A stretch of DNA of 64,000 nucleotides from an uncultured Desulfuromonadales bacterium (GTDB lineage: Bacteria; Desulfobacterota; Desulfuromonadia; Geobacterales; CAIOGM01), in contig CAIYUY010000287.1 of the NCBI GenBank assembly GCA_903929485.1, forward strand, positions 38-64,037, written 5' to 3'. The position numbers and the translations under genes were made by a program. This document shows positions 17,214 to 25,218 of the stretch, in pieces; the stretch's first letter is position 1; the number at the start of each line of letters is the position of its first letter. Under the pieces are notes generated by a model. The model was not told where the DNA came from. It made no database searches and was given only the letters and a program-made list of their open reading frames with translations.

Positions 17214-18005
17214 ATGGGATTGATATACGAAAATAGTGAAAACAACTCAGTTATTGGTGATATTAACTGGGCTATGTCAACTACAGGTACAAGGATTGCA
17301 GGAGGAGTTGATGGATTTTTTCCACAAAATAGTAATGTTATTATTAAATTTAAAGGCAATGATGTCGATTGTAGGATATCGTTAGACAGTAAGCGTAGAA
17401 CTATTAGTTGGGGTAAGAAAAGCGTAATAGCTAAAACATTGCGTGATAAATTTGGTGCGGAAAAGACAGCTTATAGAGAAAAATCAGTAGGCTGCAATAT
17501 TCTTATTGAAAAAATAAAAAATAAATACCAATTAAAATTTATATTTAGTGGTGGTGCTGATAGTGTTGGGAACTCTACAGTTTTTTGTCCTAATCCAGAT
17601 GAAGATAAGGTGAAAAGAATTTTTGCCATTATCAATGAAAGAAAGGGGCAATCTGAGTTTAGAAGTAAATTGCTGCATGCTTATAATAATAAGTGTGCTG
17701 TAACTGGTTGTGATGCTGTTGACGCATTGGAGGCGGCACACATATACCCCTATAGAGGAGAGCAAACAAATCATATTACAAATGGTTTGTTGCTGAGGGC
17801 CGATATTCATTCACTATTTGACCAGTTATTATTGTCAATTTCAAATAATTACGAAATAATTCTTCACGATTCAATTAGGAACGGGTACTATGGCGAATTG
17901 CATGACAGCTTTATATCACTTCCTGAAGATAAAAATAGTCATCCAAGTAAAGAAGCATTACGACATAACAGAAGTTTGATAAGAATTAGCAAGTCTGATG
18001 ATTGA
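17214..18005 (+). CDS. HNH endonuclease (HNH_2-type C-terminal nuclease) with an unrecognised ~150-aa N-terminal domain
   Basis: RKGQSEFRSKLLHAYNNKCAVTGCDAVDALEAAHIYPY...TNGLLLRADIHSLFD. The AT-rich composition begins near 17130, and the ATG at 17214 follows GGAGGA. The track ORF start at 16881 lies in unrelated GC-rich DNA. Confidence 0.8.
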   Translation: MGLIYENSENNSVIGDINWAMSTTGTRIAGGVDGFFPQNSNVIIKFKGNDVDCRISLDSKRRTISWGKKSVIAKTLRDKFGAEKTAYREKSVGCNILIEKIKNKYQLKFIFSGGADSVGNSTVFCPNPDEDKVKRIFAIINERKGQSEFRSKLLHAYNNKCAVTGCDAVDALEAAHIYPYRGEQTNHITNGLLLRADIHSLFDQLLLSISNNYEIILHDSIRNGYYGELHDSFISLPEDKNSHPSKEALRHNRSLIRISKSDD

Positions 18006-18018
18006 GATGATTTGTGTC

Positions 18019-18058
18019 GTTAAGTCCCCATTTCGGCATGCCGAAATGGGGACTTAAC
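18019..18058. terminator. Perfect 40-nt palindrome GTTAAGTCCCCATTTCGGCA/TGCCGAAATGGGGACTTAAC after the HNH gene
   Basis: Read directly, 14 nt after the HNH stop. Confidence 0.75.
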
Positions 18059-18149
18059 AGACCGGAAAACAATAGCTCACATCGAAATAAAACGCAGTTT
18101 TGCCAAAATTTCTAATGAAACTGTTATTTTGGATGCATGATCCCCTCTC

Positions 18150-18869
18150 TCACCCCTCCCTCTCCGCATCGCTGACGGCAATGATTGACACCCGCCAATT
18201 CTGACCGAACGACTCATCCAGGTTGACCCCGATTAGTACATTGGCATCGCCGGCTGCATATTCGTGCAGAATCCTATTGACCGTGTCAAAATCATCCAGC
18301 GTCATATTGCTCGAACCGTATATGGTCGCCAAGAGGTGACAAAACCTTCCGTACCATATCTGATGGTCAATGGCACGCAGGGCATTGACCGCCGCATCCC
18401 GTGCGCCGGTCTCGCGACCGGCGCCGTACCCGATACCGAGCACTCCATCCCCGCCGCTTCCTGCGATGTATCTCACATCGGCAAAGTCGACGCAGACGAA
18501 ACCCATGTGCGTAATGAGATCAGTGCATGCCTGCACTGCCAGGCGAAGCAGCAGGATCTCCATGCCCTGTTTCGATATGAACTTTGCGTCATGTTTGTAA
18601 AGGGGGATGAGGCTGGTGCTCCCCACGGAGAGCCGCGTCACCGTTGCCGGCCAAGGGAGCGACTGCGGCAAATCGTTCGCTTGCAGAACGTCATCATGGC
18701 AGAGGGCGACCATGATCATCTTGTCAGAATTTTCTCCCACTCCCACGATGGCGCAGAGTTCCATTGCTAATGACGCGGCCTCCGCCCCCTCCTCCGCGCC
18801 TGTCCGACCGAGCCCCGCCACCAGTATCCGCGAGGGGAGCGGCCCAAGGTCTGCCATCTGTTCATTCAT
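18150..18869 (-). CDS. FtsZ-like protein lacking the N-terminal nucleotide-binding region
   Basis: 239 aa. LITHMGFVCVDFADVRYI...GIGYGAGRETGARDAAVNAL...MTLDDFDTVNRIL...ANVLIGVNLDES...WRVSIIAV aligns by eye to the FtsZ C-terminal domain. The tubulin signature region reads AGLGRTGAEEG instead of GGGTGTG, and about 90-100 N-terminal residues are absent. Confidence 0.75.
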   Translation of the reverse strand: MNEQMADLGPLPSRILVAGLGRTGAEEGAEAASLAMELCAIVGVGENSDKMIMVALCHDDVLQANDLPQSLPWPATVTRLSVGSTSLIPLYKHDAKFISKQGMEILLLRLAVQACTDLITHMGFVCVDFADVRYIAGSGGDGVLGIGYGAGRETGARDAAVNALRAIDHQIWYGRFCHLLATIYGSSNMTLDDFDTVNRILHEYAAGDANVLIGVNLDESFGQNWRVSIIAVSDAEREG

Positions 18870-18910
18870 CTGATTGCCTCCTGGTAACTATTCAGCACCC
18901 CTGTCCGTAC

Positions 18911-19050
18911 CCCTCACCCGGCCCTTCGGCTTCGCTCAGGTCAGGGCAATCCTCTCCCACAGTGGAAAGTGGAAAGAGGGTTTTCACCTTTCACCCCTTC
19001 GTGAGAGACCTGTCCTGAGCACGGCCGAAGGAGGGGACGGGGGTGAAGGG
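18911..19050. repeat. Long imperfect palindrome (arms of about 50 nt) just upstream of the FtsZ-like gene
   Basis: The left arm CCCCTCACCCGGCCCTTCGGCTTCGCTCAGGTCAGG pairs imperfectly with GTGAGAGACCTGTCCTGAGCACGGCCGAAGGAGGGGACGGGGGTGAAGGG. Confidence 0.6.
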
Positions 19051-19084
19051 CGGTCTGCTGCGATGCTGAACAGGTATTCCTGAA

Positions 19085-19246
19085 GGGGGGTAGTCGGTTA
19101 GCTCCACCTATCGTGCATTGTGATGTCTTTCTGGGTATTCTCAGATCCGCAACCGCGTAACATATCGTCATTACGGTATTTTATATCGAGTGAACAACCA
19201 TGCTGAATGAATTCCATTCCAGGTGGAGCTAACCGACTACCCCTTT
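19085..19246. mobile_element. MITE-like element: 23-bp perfect terminal inverted repeats flanked by an 8-bp direct duplication TTCCTGAA
   Basis: GGGGTAGTCGGTTAGCTCCACCT at 19087-19109 and its exact reverse complement at 19221-19243. TTCCTGAA occurs at 19077-19084 and 19247-19254. There is no coding capacity. Confidence 0.6.
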
Positions 19247-19529
19247 TTCCTGAAATAGCACGGCCATGCGTCATGGTGTGACGCATCCAAACGTTGCCAT
19301 GCAAAAAAAGCTGGGAGGCGGCAGATGTACGACAGCGGGAAGAGCCGATCACCATGCGGTTTTGAAGACCGTGGGGGGTGACGGGGTGGGCTCAATGCAA
19401 TCATCGCTATGATTGACGCAGGGATTGCCTGTGAGGTGATCGTTGGAAAAAGTAATTCGGCTGAAGCGATTGTCCGTTCATCATACCTCTTCCGGAGCTG
19501 TGATTCGCCCGCCGTTGACATGAGGAAAC

Positions 19530-19563
19530 GCAAGAAGCCCCCAACGATGCGGGGGCTTCTTGC
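19530..19563 (-). terminator. Hairpin GCAAGAAGCCCCC/GGGGGCTTCTTGC 3' of pyc remnant 2
   Basis: Homologous in position, and partly in sequence, to the pyc terminator at 32831-32856. Confidence 0.7.
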
Positions 19564-19592
19564 GTTAGGGATAAGGACGGATTGTGTTGCGG

Positions 19593-20188
19593 TCAGGCCA
19601 GCACAATCAGCACGTCTTCCTTCGCCACCTTTTCCCCTTCCTTAAACTTTACCTCGGCAATGACGCTGTCTTCCTTGGCCATGATGTTGGTCTCCATCTT
19701 CATCGCCTCGGTGACCATGAGGACGTCCCCCCCCCTTCACCGCATCTCCGGCCTTGACCTTGACCTTGAGCACCCTGCCCGGCATGGGGCACCCAGATGC
19801 TTGGCGTTCCCCTTTTCGGCCTTCACTCGCTCTTTCTCATCGGTAGCAGCGGAGAAATCGCGTACGGTCACCGACCGGGCATTACCGTTCAGCTCGAAAT
19901 AAACCTGCCGGGTGCCGTCGCCCTGAACCTTGCCGATGGCGTTGAGCTTGATGATGAGGGTCTTTCCCGCCTGGATGTCCAGGGAGGTCTCCTGTCCCGG
20001 CTCCAGACCGTAGAAGAAGATGGGGGTCGAAATGAACGAGGTGTCGGAATACAGTTGGCAGTGCTGGTCCAGTTCCGGGTAAACGTGGGGATAGAGGATG
20101 TAGGAGATGAGCGCCTTGTCGTCGATCTTGTGGCCCACCTTCTCTTCCAGTTTCTCCCGTTCGACCTCAAACTCCACCGGTTCCAGCA
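19593..20188 (-). pseudogene. Pyruvate carboxylase 3'-end remnant 2 (last ~198 codons, frameshifted)
   Basis: It reads LEPVEFEVEREKLEEKVGHKIDDKALISYILYPHVYPELDQH...VYFELNGNARSVTVRD. The frame is then lost (indels near 19730-19800) before ...VLMVTEAMKMETN...VLIVLA*. It is about 87% identical to 32889-33030 by manual alignment. Confidence 0.9.
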
Positions 20189-20631
20189 TTCCCTGAAACT
20201 GATTCAAACCGTTTTAAATCGGTACGAACCCAGCTGAAGAGTGCTTCCACCGTAGCGGTTTTACTCCTCTGATTTTTAAGGCTACATTCCCACACAACGG
20301 CAATTCTCCATCCTAGTTTTTCAAGTTCAGCGAGATTCCGTTTATCACGCTCGACGTTCGCAGCAATTTTACCGTTCCAAAATTCTTTATTTGTAGCAGG
20401 CAACTTGGATTTCGAGCATCCTTCGTGATGGTGCCAAAAGCAGCCGTGAACAAATATGACAATACGGTACTTCGGAAGAAGGATATCGGGTTTTCCAGGA
20501 AGATTTTTGCGATGCAGACGAAATCGAAAACCAGCGGAATGAAGTGCAGATCGAAGGGCAAGTTCGGGAGCAGTTCCTTTCGTCCTGATCCGGCTCATCA
20601 TTCGGCTTTTCTGCGCAGAAGGTTGTGCCAT
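20167..20631 (-). CDS. vsr: Very short patch repair endonuclease
   Basis: KSRMMSRIRTKGT.PE..LR, GKPDILLPKYRIVIFVHGCFWHHH, NKEFWNGKIAANVERDKRN and GWRIAVVWEC are present. The ATG at 20631 is preferred; the track ORF start at 20682 overlaps the upstream gene. Confidence 0.9.
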   Translation of the reverse strand: MAQPSAQKSRMMSRIRTKGTAPELALRSALHSAGFRFRLHRKNLPGKPDILLPKYRIVIFVHGCFWHHHEGCSKSKLPATNKEFWNGKIAANVERDKRNLAELEKLGWRIAVVWECSLKNQRSKTATVEALFSWVRTDLKRFESVSGNAGTGGV

Positions 20632-20638
20632 ATTCTTA

Positions 20639-22252
20639 CTAATTACCATGTCTGCGAAGCCATTCTGATTCATCAAGACCAATGCGAGTTATTTTATTCA
20701 GAAACTTCATAGCAATTCTCTGCGCCTGACCACTCCTCAGTTGCGCTAAAAAAGTGAACTTAACATTTGAAGTTTCATTTTGCTTGCCATACAATGGTTC
20801 GCCGATTTTAACAATAACTTTATCGTTGCCTTGTGATGCAGAAAACCAGAATACTTCCAATTTAGAAATATCTTCACTAGTTTTAAGATAAACAAAATTG
20901 TCATCTCCATCGGAGGCGATAATGTTGAATCCTTTAATGTTTCCGTCATCTATAGGATTAAAATCCTTCTTAACCAGTTTTATAAAAATAAATTTATTTA
21001 CACACTCAGCTTTAAGCCTCCCAGAATCGCACAAAGGCTGTACACACAAAAAAAATTCTTCGTTTTCATTCTTTAAAATGCTACCTAAACTTAAAAACGT
21101 TGCAGCATTATTATTTATAGCATCGGAAAATGCGTGAGAAGTGAGCTTCGCAAATATAGCTTGATTGACAAAGTCAACTTCTGGCGTTTCTTCTTTAGAA
21201 AAAAAAGTGACAAGACTTTTTGTTGTATCTTTACTCCATTTGTTAATTGCATCCTTCTTTTTCAGTTCAGTATCAGAATTTAAATTTTCATGCATCCATT
21301 TTGTTATTCCACTTAAAATCCACTGTTTTCGCATATCGTTGTCAATTTTAATTGAACCAATCTTATTAGCACTAAATTCTTTACAAGGAATATCGCCACA
21401 TTTAGCGTCTACCCAAGCGTTCAAAGTGCCACAGGAAAGATATTTGGTTATTGCTTCATTACCTCTTATGAGATCCTCAAAGGTTGCGGCCATAAGCTCT
21501 GTTACGAAAACATCTGCATCTTCGGGGCGAGATAAGTAGCATCTATGTGACAAAAAAGCTGGATCGTGTCGAGATGAGTATAACGAGAGAATGCGATGGG
21601 AATTATCTCTAATAACTTTTATAGCAGCTAAAGCTGCGGAAGGCATAAGACCCGAGTGCATATCTGAAAATTTTTCATAGATACGTTCAGGTAGCCCTTC
21701 ATAGGCCCCTGCGCATGTTTTGCTTGCATAAAAAACAGTTACGTGGTCGCTGCTTAAAGTATCTATATCTATGTTACTAATATTTTCAGCAGAGAAAATA
21801 CAAACCAAAACCTCTCTATCCTTATTTACGTGTTTTAGTTTACTGACTATTGCTTGTGCTGTTTCCCCGACTCCAACAGTCCCTAATTTATCTTCCATTT
21901 GCCAATCAAGTACAATCACATCTGCCTTAATTGACAGATTTACTACCTTACTCACTAATATATTTTTCTGTTCTTCTGACGTTATTTTATTAGTATATAT
22001 TGGACTACAAAGCATTCCTTTTTCCGAGCAAGCCTGTGATAACTTCTTTATATCGAGAATATGATTGATATCCTCTCGATTTTCACCTGGGTCCTGTAAT
22101 GGCACAATTTCAAGCAATGATTCTTTAAGCCCATTTTCAGGCTGATCCATAACATTTGCTGTCGTCTTTTCGTAGGGTTGGTCATCTACAAAAAGTACAG
22201 TGCCAATAAAATCTTGAGCTAATGCCTGCATATGGGCTGCAAATGCTGTCAT
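20639..22252 (-). CDS. Receiver (REC)-like domain protein with an unrecognised ~380-aa C-terminal region
   Basis: 537 aa. REC landmarks occur in order: VLFVDDQ, ADVIVLDWQM, VLVCIFSA, VFYASK. The ATGA overlap with the upstream GHKL gene indicates translational coupling. Confidence 0.7.
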   Translation of the reverse strand: MTAFAAHMQALAQDFIGTVLFVDDQPYEKTTANVMDQPENGLKESLLEIVPLQDPGENREDINHILDIKKLSQACSEKGMLCSPIYTNKITSEEQKNILVSKVVNLSIKADVIVLDWQMEDKLGTVGVGETAQAIVSKLKHVNKDREVLVCIFSAENISNIDIDTLSSDHVTVFYASKTCAGAYEGLPERIYEKFSDMHSGLMPSAALAAIKVIRDNSHRILSLYSSRHDPAFLSHRCYLSRPEDADVFVTELMAATFEDLIRGNEAITKYLSCGTLNAWVDAKCGDIPCKEFSANKIGSIKIDNDMRKQWILSGITKWMHENLNSDTELKKKDAINKWSKDTTKSLVTFFSKEETPEVDFVNQAIFAKLTSHAFSDAINNNAATFLSLGSILKNENEEFFLCVQPLCDSGRLKAECVNKFIFIKLVKKDFNPIDDGNIKGFNIIASDGDDNFVYLKTSEDISKLEVFWFSASQGNDKVIVKIGEPLYGKQNETSNVKFTFLAQLRSGQAQRIAMKFLNKITRIGLDESEWLRRHGN

Positions 22253-25218
22253 TTATTACTCCCACCGGATTTAGTATTAATCACAAAACATGCACCCACA
22301 TCAGGAGCAGGCGTCTGGATTTCTATTTCACAGTCAACTCCCTTTAATGCTTGTTTTACAATATACAAGCCAAGTCCGGCTCCACCGGGCTTTCGAGAAA
22401 ATCCGGGCTCGAATATTCTCTCGGTATCACGAACTGATACTCCGGGGCCACTGTCTTTAACATAAACGTTACCATCTCGATAATCTAGTGTAATCGACCT
22501 CGGAATAGGCTGATCTTTAAGCCAAAATATCGCGTTGTCAACAAGGTTCACAAACACCGGGTAATAAACTGAGCGAAAAGATAATTGCTTCATTGATTTG
22601 AAGGGTAGACTTGGCTTTATCTCTATTTTGTGTCGTTCCAGGCGGTTTTTGAATAGATCAGAGATGAAGTTGAATATTTCATGACCGTAAATATCTTCTT
22701 TGGATCGTCTCATTCTACGTTGCAGCGGAGCAAACAAGTTAAGATAACCGTCAAGATGTTCAAAGCTCGTACGCAAGTTTCCGTAAATAGGCTGTAGTTT
22801 GGTGTTTAGATCCGCCCATGATTTGAGCACGTTTATATTGTCGCGGATTTTTATGACTTGACTGTTAAATTCATGCTGAATGACACTCACAGCTTGGCCC
22901 ATCTGCATAAGTTCGATATCTTTTGTCTTCTCCTCTCGTAAAGCCAGATATTCAGCCTCAAGAGCAGCGACTTCTTCAGTTAGGGATTGTTCTTCGTCTG
23001 CATCAAAACTGACCCCTTGCAACTGTTCACGAATATGTACAAGTGAATTTTTCGTGGTTGCTGCAATGCGGTTGATTCTGTCTTCAAGTTCGAGCTTTGC
23101 GTTGACCAGTTCCGATTCATCAAGCGCTGTGAAGTCCGTCCGGCTAAATTGTGACATTACTTCACGCGTTGTTTTTTGGACTTCTGCAAGCGAGTTCTTA
23201 ACTACTTTTGACACCTTTCGTTGAAAATCAATGACAGTTTTTCGTACAGCACGCCCTTCTGCAGTGGATTCCTGCTCTTTTTGTCGAATCAAGTTACTCA
23301 AACTTACTTCAAATCGCTGGCGTTGATCTATAAAAACATCACATGCTCTTTGAGCATCTTGTGCTACTTGCTCTAATTGTCTACGAGTCGGCTGAAAAAT
23401 TTTTTCATCTAAATCTAACATTATTCTATTGTACCGGACCCAATCATCTTCAATGCTTTTCTTGAAAGAAACGACCTTTGGTCGATTTATTTCATAGGAA
23501 GATCGCCATTTTTGATATTCTGCATTTGAATTCCGTTCTGCCTCCATAAATGCAACGACCATGCTGTTTGATGCTGAACGGGTAAAAACGTTACGATAAT
23601 TTTCTGCTATACTCACCAATAGCTTAGTAGCTTCTTTTTGCGGTTCACCTTCATTTAAACGGACAAAAAACTTGTTTAGATCATTGCAAAATAGCTCTTT
23701 AGAACCTTTTAGGCGTTTTTCACGCTGCTGCAATGTTTTAGCGCGCTTTTTATTTGCTTCAGAATAATTAGCCCATTCCGAATTGATTGAGGTTTTTCGA
23801 AAAAAATCAGCAGTCAATTGCATTAAAAAATTTACTAAAATATCTCTCAATTGTCGATATGCTTTATTTTCTCGAAAACCTTCACGTCCAGCTTTTTCCT
23901 TCAAACTGTTATTACTTAGCTGAGAAATATCTACATAACCAAATAAATTCCTGTGCGAAAAATAGTAGTATCCAGCGCTTTTCGTTCTACGATACTCTAT
24001 ACCAAGCCAGTCATAATCTGAGCTGCCATAAGGTAGAATTCTAATGTCATCTTTGTAGATATAGACACCACCTAAACGCTGCGTTTTTGAAAGAATAACT
24101 GCATGTTGATCTAATGGTATATTAGTTGTGTCTCCTTCTGGTTGGATAATTGCCAAACTTACTTTAAATGGACCACACTCGGTTGGGATACCCGATCTGT
24201 TCGGCCATGTGATAACATGGTCTTCATATTCTTTTTTGCCAAATATGTTTACTTTTCCTTGAAATTGTCCATAGTTATCAAACTCACCCTCAATATGATG
24301 ATCTGCAAGTAAAAACTCGTCGGGGGTGAAAAAATCTTCTTTCTTTATTAGATTTCGCACAACACCGTCAACCATATGATCAAAAAACGATACCTTGATC
24401 ACATCTCGTTGATCATGATTTTTCATAGTATTTGAAAAGCCTAAAAGATGACGTTGAAGCGGTCCAGAGATTTCTTGAGCAGCAGTCCCAGGCATTCTCT
24501 CATCAATTGCAGCGTCAAGAGATTCATCTGTCGGCACGATGTAAAAATGTGTACCGTGCCCGGTATCCTTCAAAGAGAGATTTTTTTCGGAGAACCTTGC
24601 TACATCAATATCCTCCTGAAGTTGGGCGATATCAGTCAAAATGCGCTCAACGATCTTACGGGTTGCGACATTTCGTTCACTTAAATGAGATGCTGTAGAT
24701 GAAAATTCCGCAGTCAATTCATTGATATCGATTTTTGTAGGTATCTGTCCTTCGGGAAAGGTCTTAACTGGAATTTCAATTTCATCAAGATCGACACCTG
24801 GACATTCGAAAATTCCCCAGTGAATATATGCACAAACCAAATCAGATAATTTTTCATTACGGCATGCCCTCGTGAGAACAATCACCTGGCTTCCTATTGC
24901 AGCAATAGAGAGACGACCAATCCCTTTTTCACCTAATACAGGTCGAGGAGTCTCACCGGCGGGTACGTACGGTGTGTCCAGAACTTTGCTTTCCGTACCA
25001 AGAGTAAGCCATTTGTTGCGAAAATCATCTTCGCTCATGCCAATGCCGTCATCTCGCAATACAAACAGGCGCGTCTTACGGAAATAATCAGCTACCACAC
25101 GTTCGGCATAAGCATCATGAGCATTTTTGAATAGCTCGTTTATTGCGTTTGGAATACCGGCTATCTGCTGACGACCAAGCATGTCAAGTGCTCGTGCCCG
25201 AGTCTTAAATTTGGCCAT
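22249..25218 (-). CDS. Dual GHKL ATPase protein: an N-terminal MORC/Hsp90-like HATPase, a long coiled-coil middle, and a C-terminal histidine-kinase core (DHp-like H-box plus CA domain)
   Basis: The N-terminus has ELFKNAHDAYA, LRDDGIGMS and GEKGIGRLS. The C-terminus has VSVIQHEFNSQV, then about 115 residues later LVDNAIFW, KDSGPGV and GGAGLGLYIV. Confidence 0.8.
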   Translation of the reverse strand: MAKFKTRARALDMLGRQQIAGIPNAINELFKNAHDAYAERVVADYFRKTRLFVLRDDGIGMSEDDFRNKWLTLGTESKVLDTPYVPAGETPRPVLGEKGIGRLSIAAIGSQVIVLTRACRNEKLSDLVCAYIHWGIFECPGVDLDEIEIPVKTFPEGQIPTKIDINELTAEFSSTASHLSERNVATRKIVERILTDIAQLQEDIDVARFSEKNLSLKDTGHGTHFYIVPTDESLDAAIDERMPGTAAQEISGPLQRHLLGFSNTMKNHDQRDVIKVSFFDHMVDGVVRNLIKKEDFFTPDEFLLADHHIEGEFDNYGQFQGKVNIFGKKEYEDHVITWPNRSGIPTECGPFKVSLAIIQPEGDTTNIPLDQHAVILSKTQRLGGVYIYKDDIRILPYGSSDYDWLGIEYRRTKSAGYYYFSHRNLFGYVDISQLSNNSLKEKAGREGFRENKAYRQLRDILVNFLMQLTADFFRKTSINSEWANYSEANKKRAKTLQQREKRLKGSKELFCNDLNKFFVRLNEGEPQKEATKLLVSIAENYRNVFTRSASNSMVVAFMEAERNSNAEYQKWRSSYEINRPKVVSFKKSIEDDWVRYNRIMLDLDEKIFQPTRRQLEQVAQDAQRACDVFIDQRQRFEVSLSNLIRQKEQESTAEGRAVRKTVIDFQRKVSKVVKNSLAEVQKTTREVMSQFSRTDFTALDESELVNAKLELEDRINRIAATTKNSLVHIREQLQGVSFDADEEQSLTEEVAALEAEYLALREEKTKDIELMQMGQAVSVIQHEFNSQVIKIRDNINVLKSWADLNTKLQPIYGNLRTSFEHLDGYLNLFAPLQRRMRRSKEDIYGHEIFNFISDLFKNRLERHKIEIKPSLPFKSMKQLSFRSVYYPVFVNLVDNAIFWLKDQPIPRSITLDYRDGNVYVKDSGPGVSVRDTERIFEPGFSRKPGGAGLGLYIVKQALKGVDCEIEIQTPAPDVGACFVINTKSGGSNK

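Noticed and set aside
18870-19592. Small ORFs (60-100 aa) across the non-coding part of island A
   Set aside because: They overlap one another in several frames, lack RBSs, and coincide with palindromic or MITE-like repeats.
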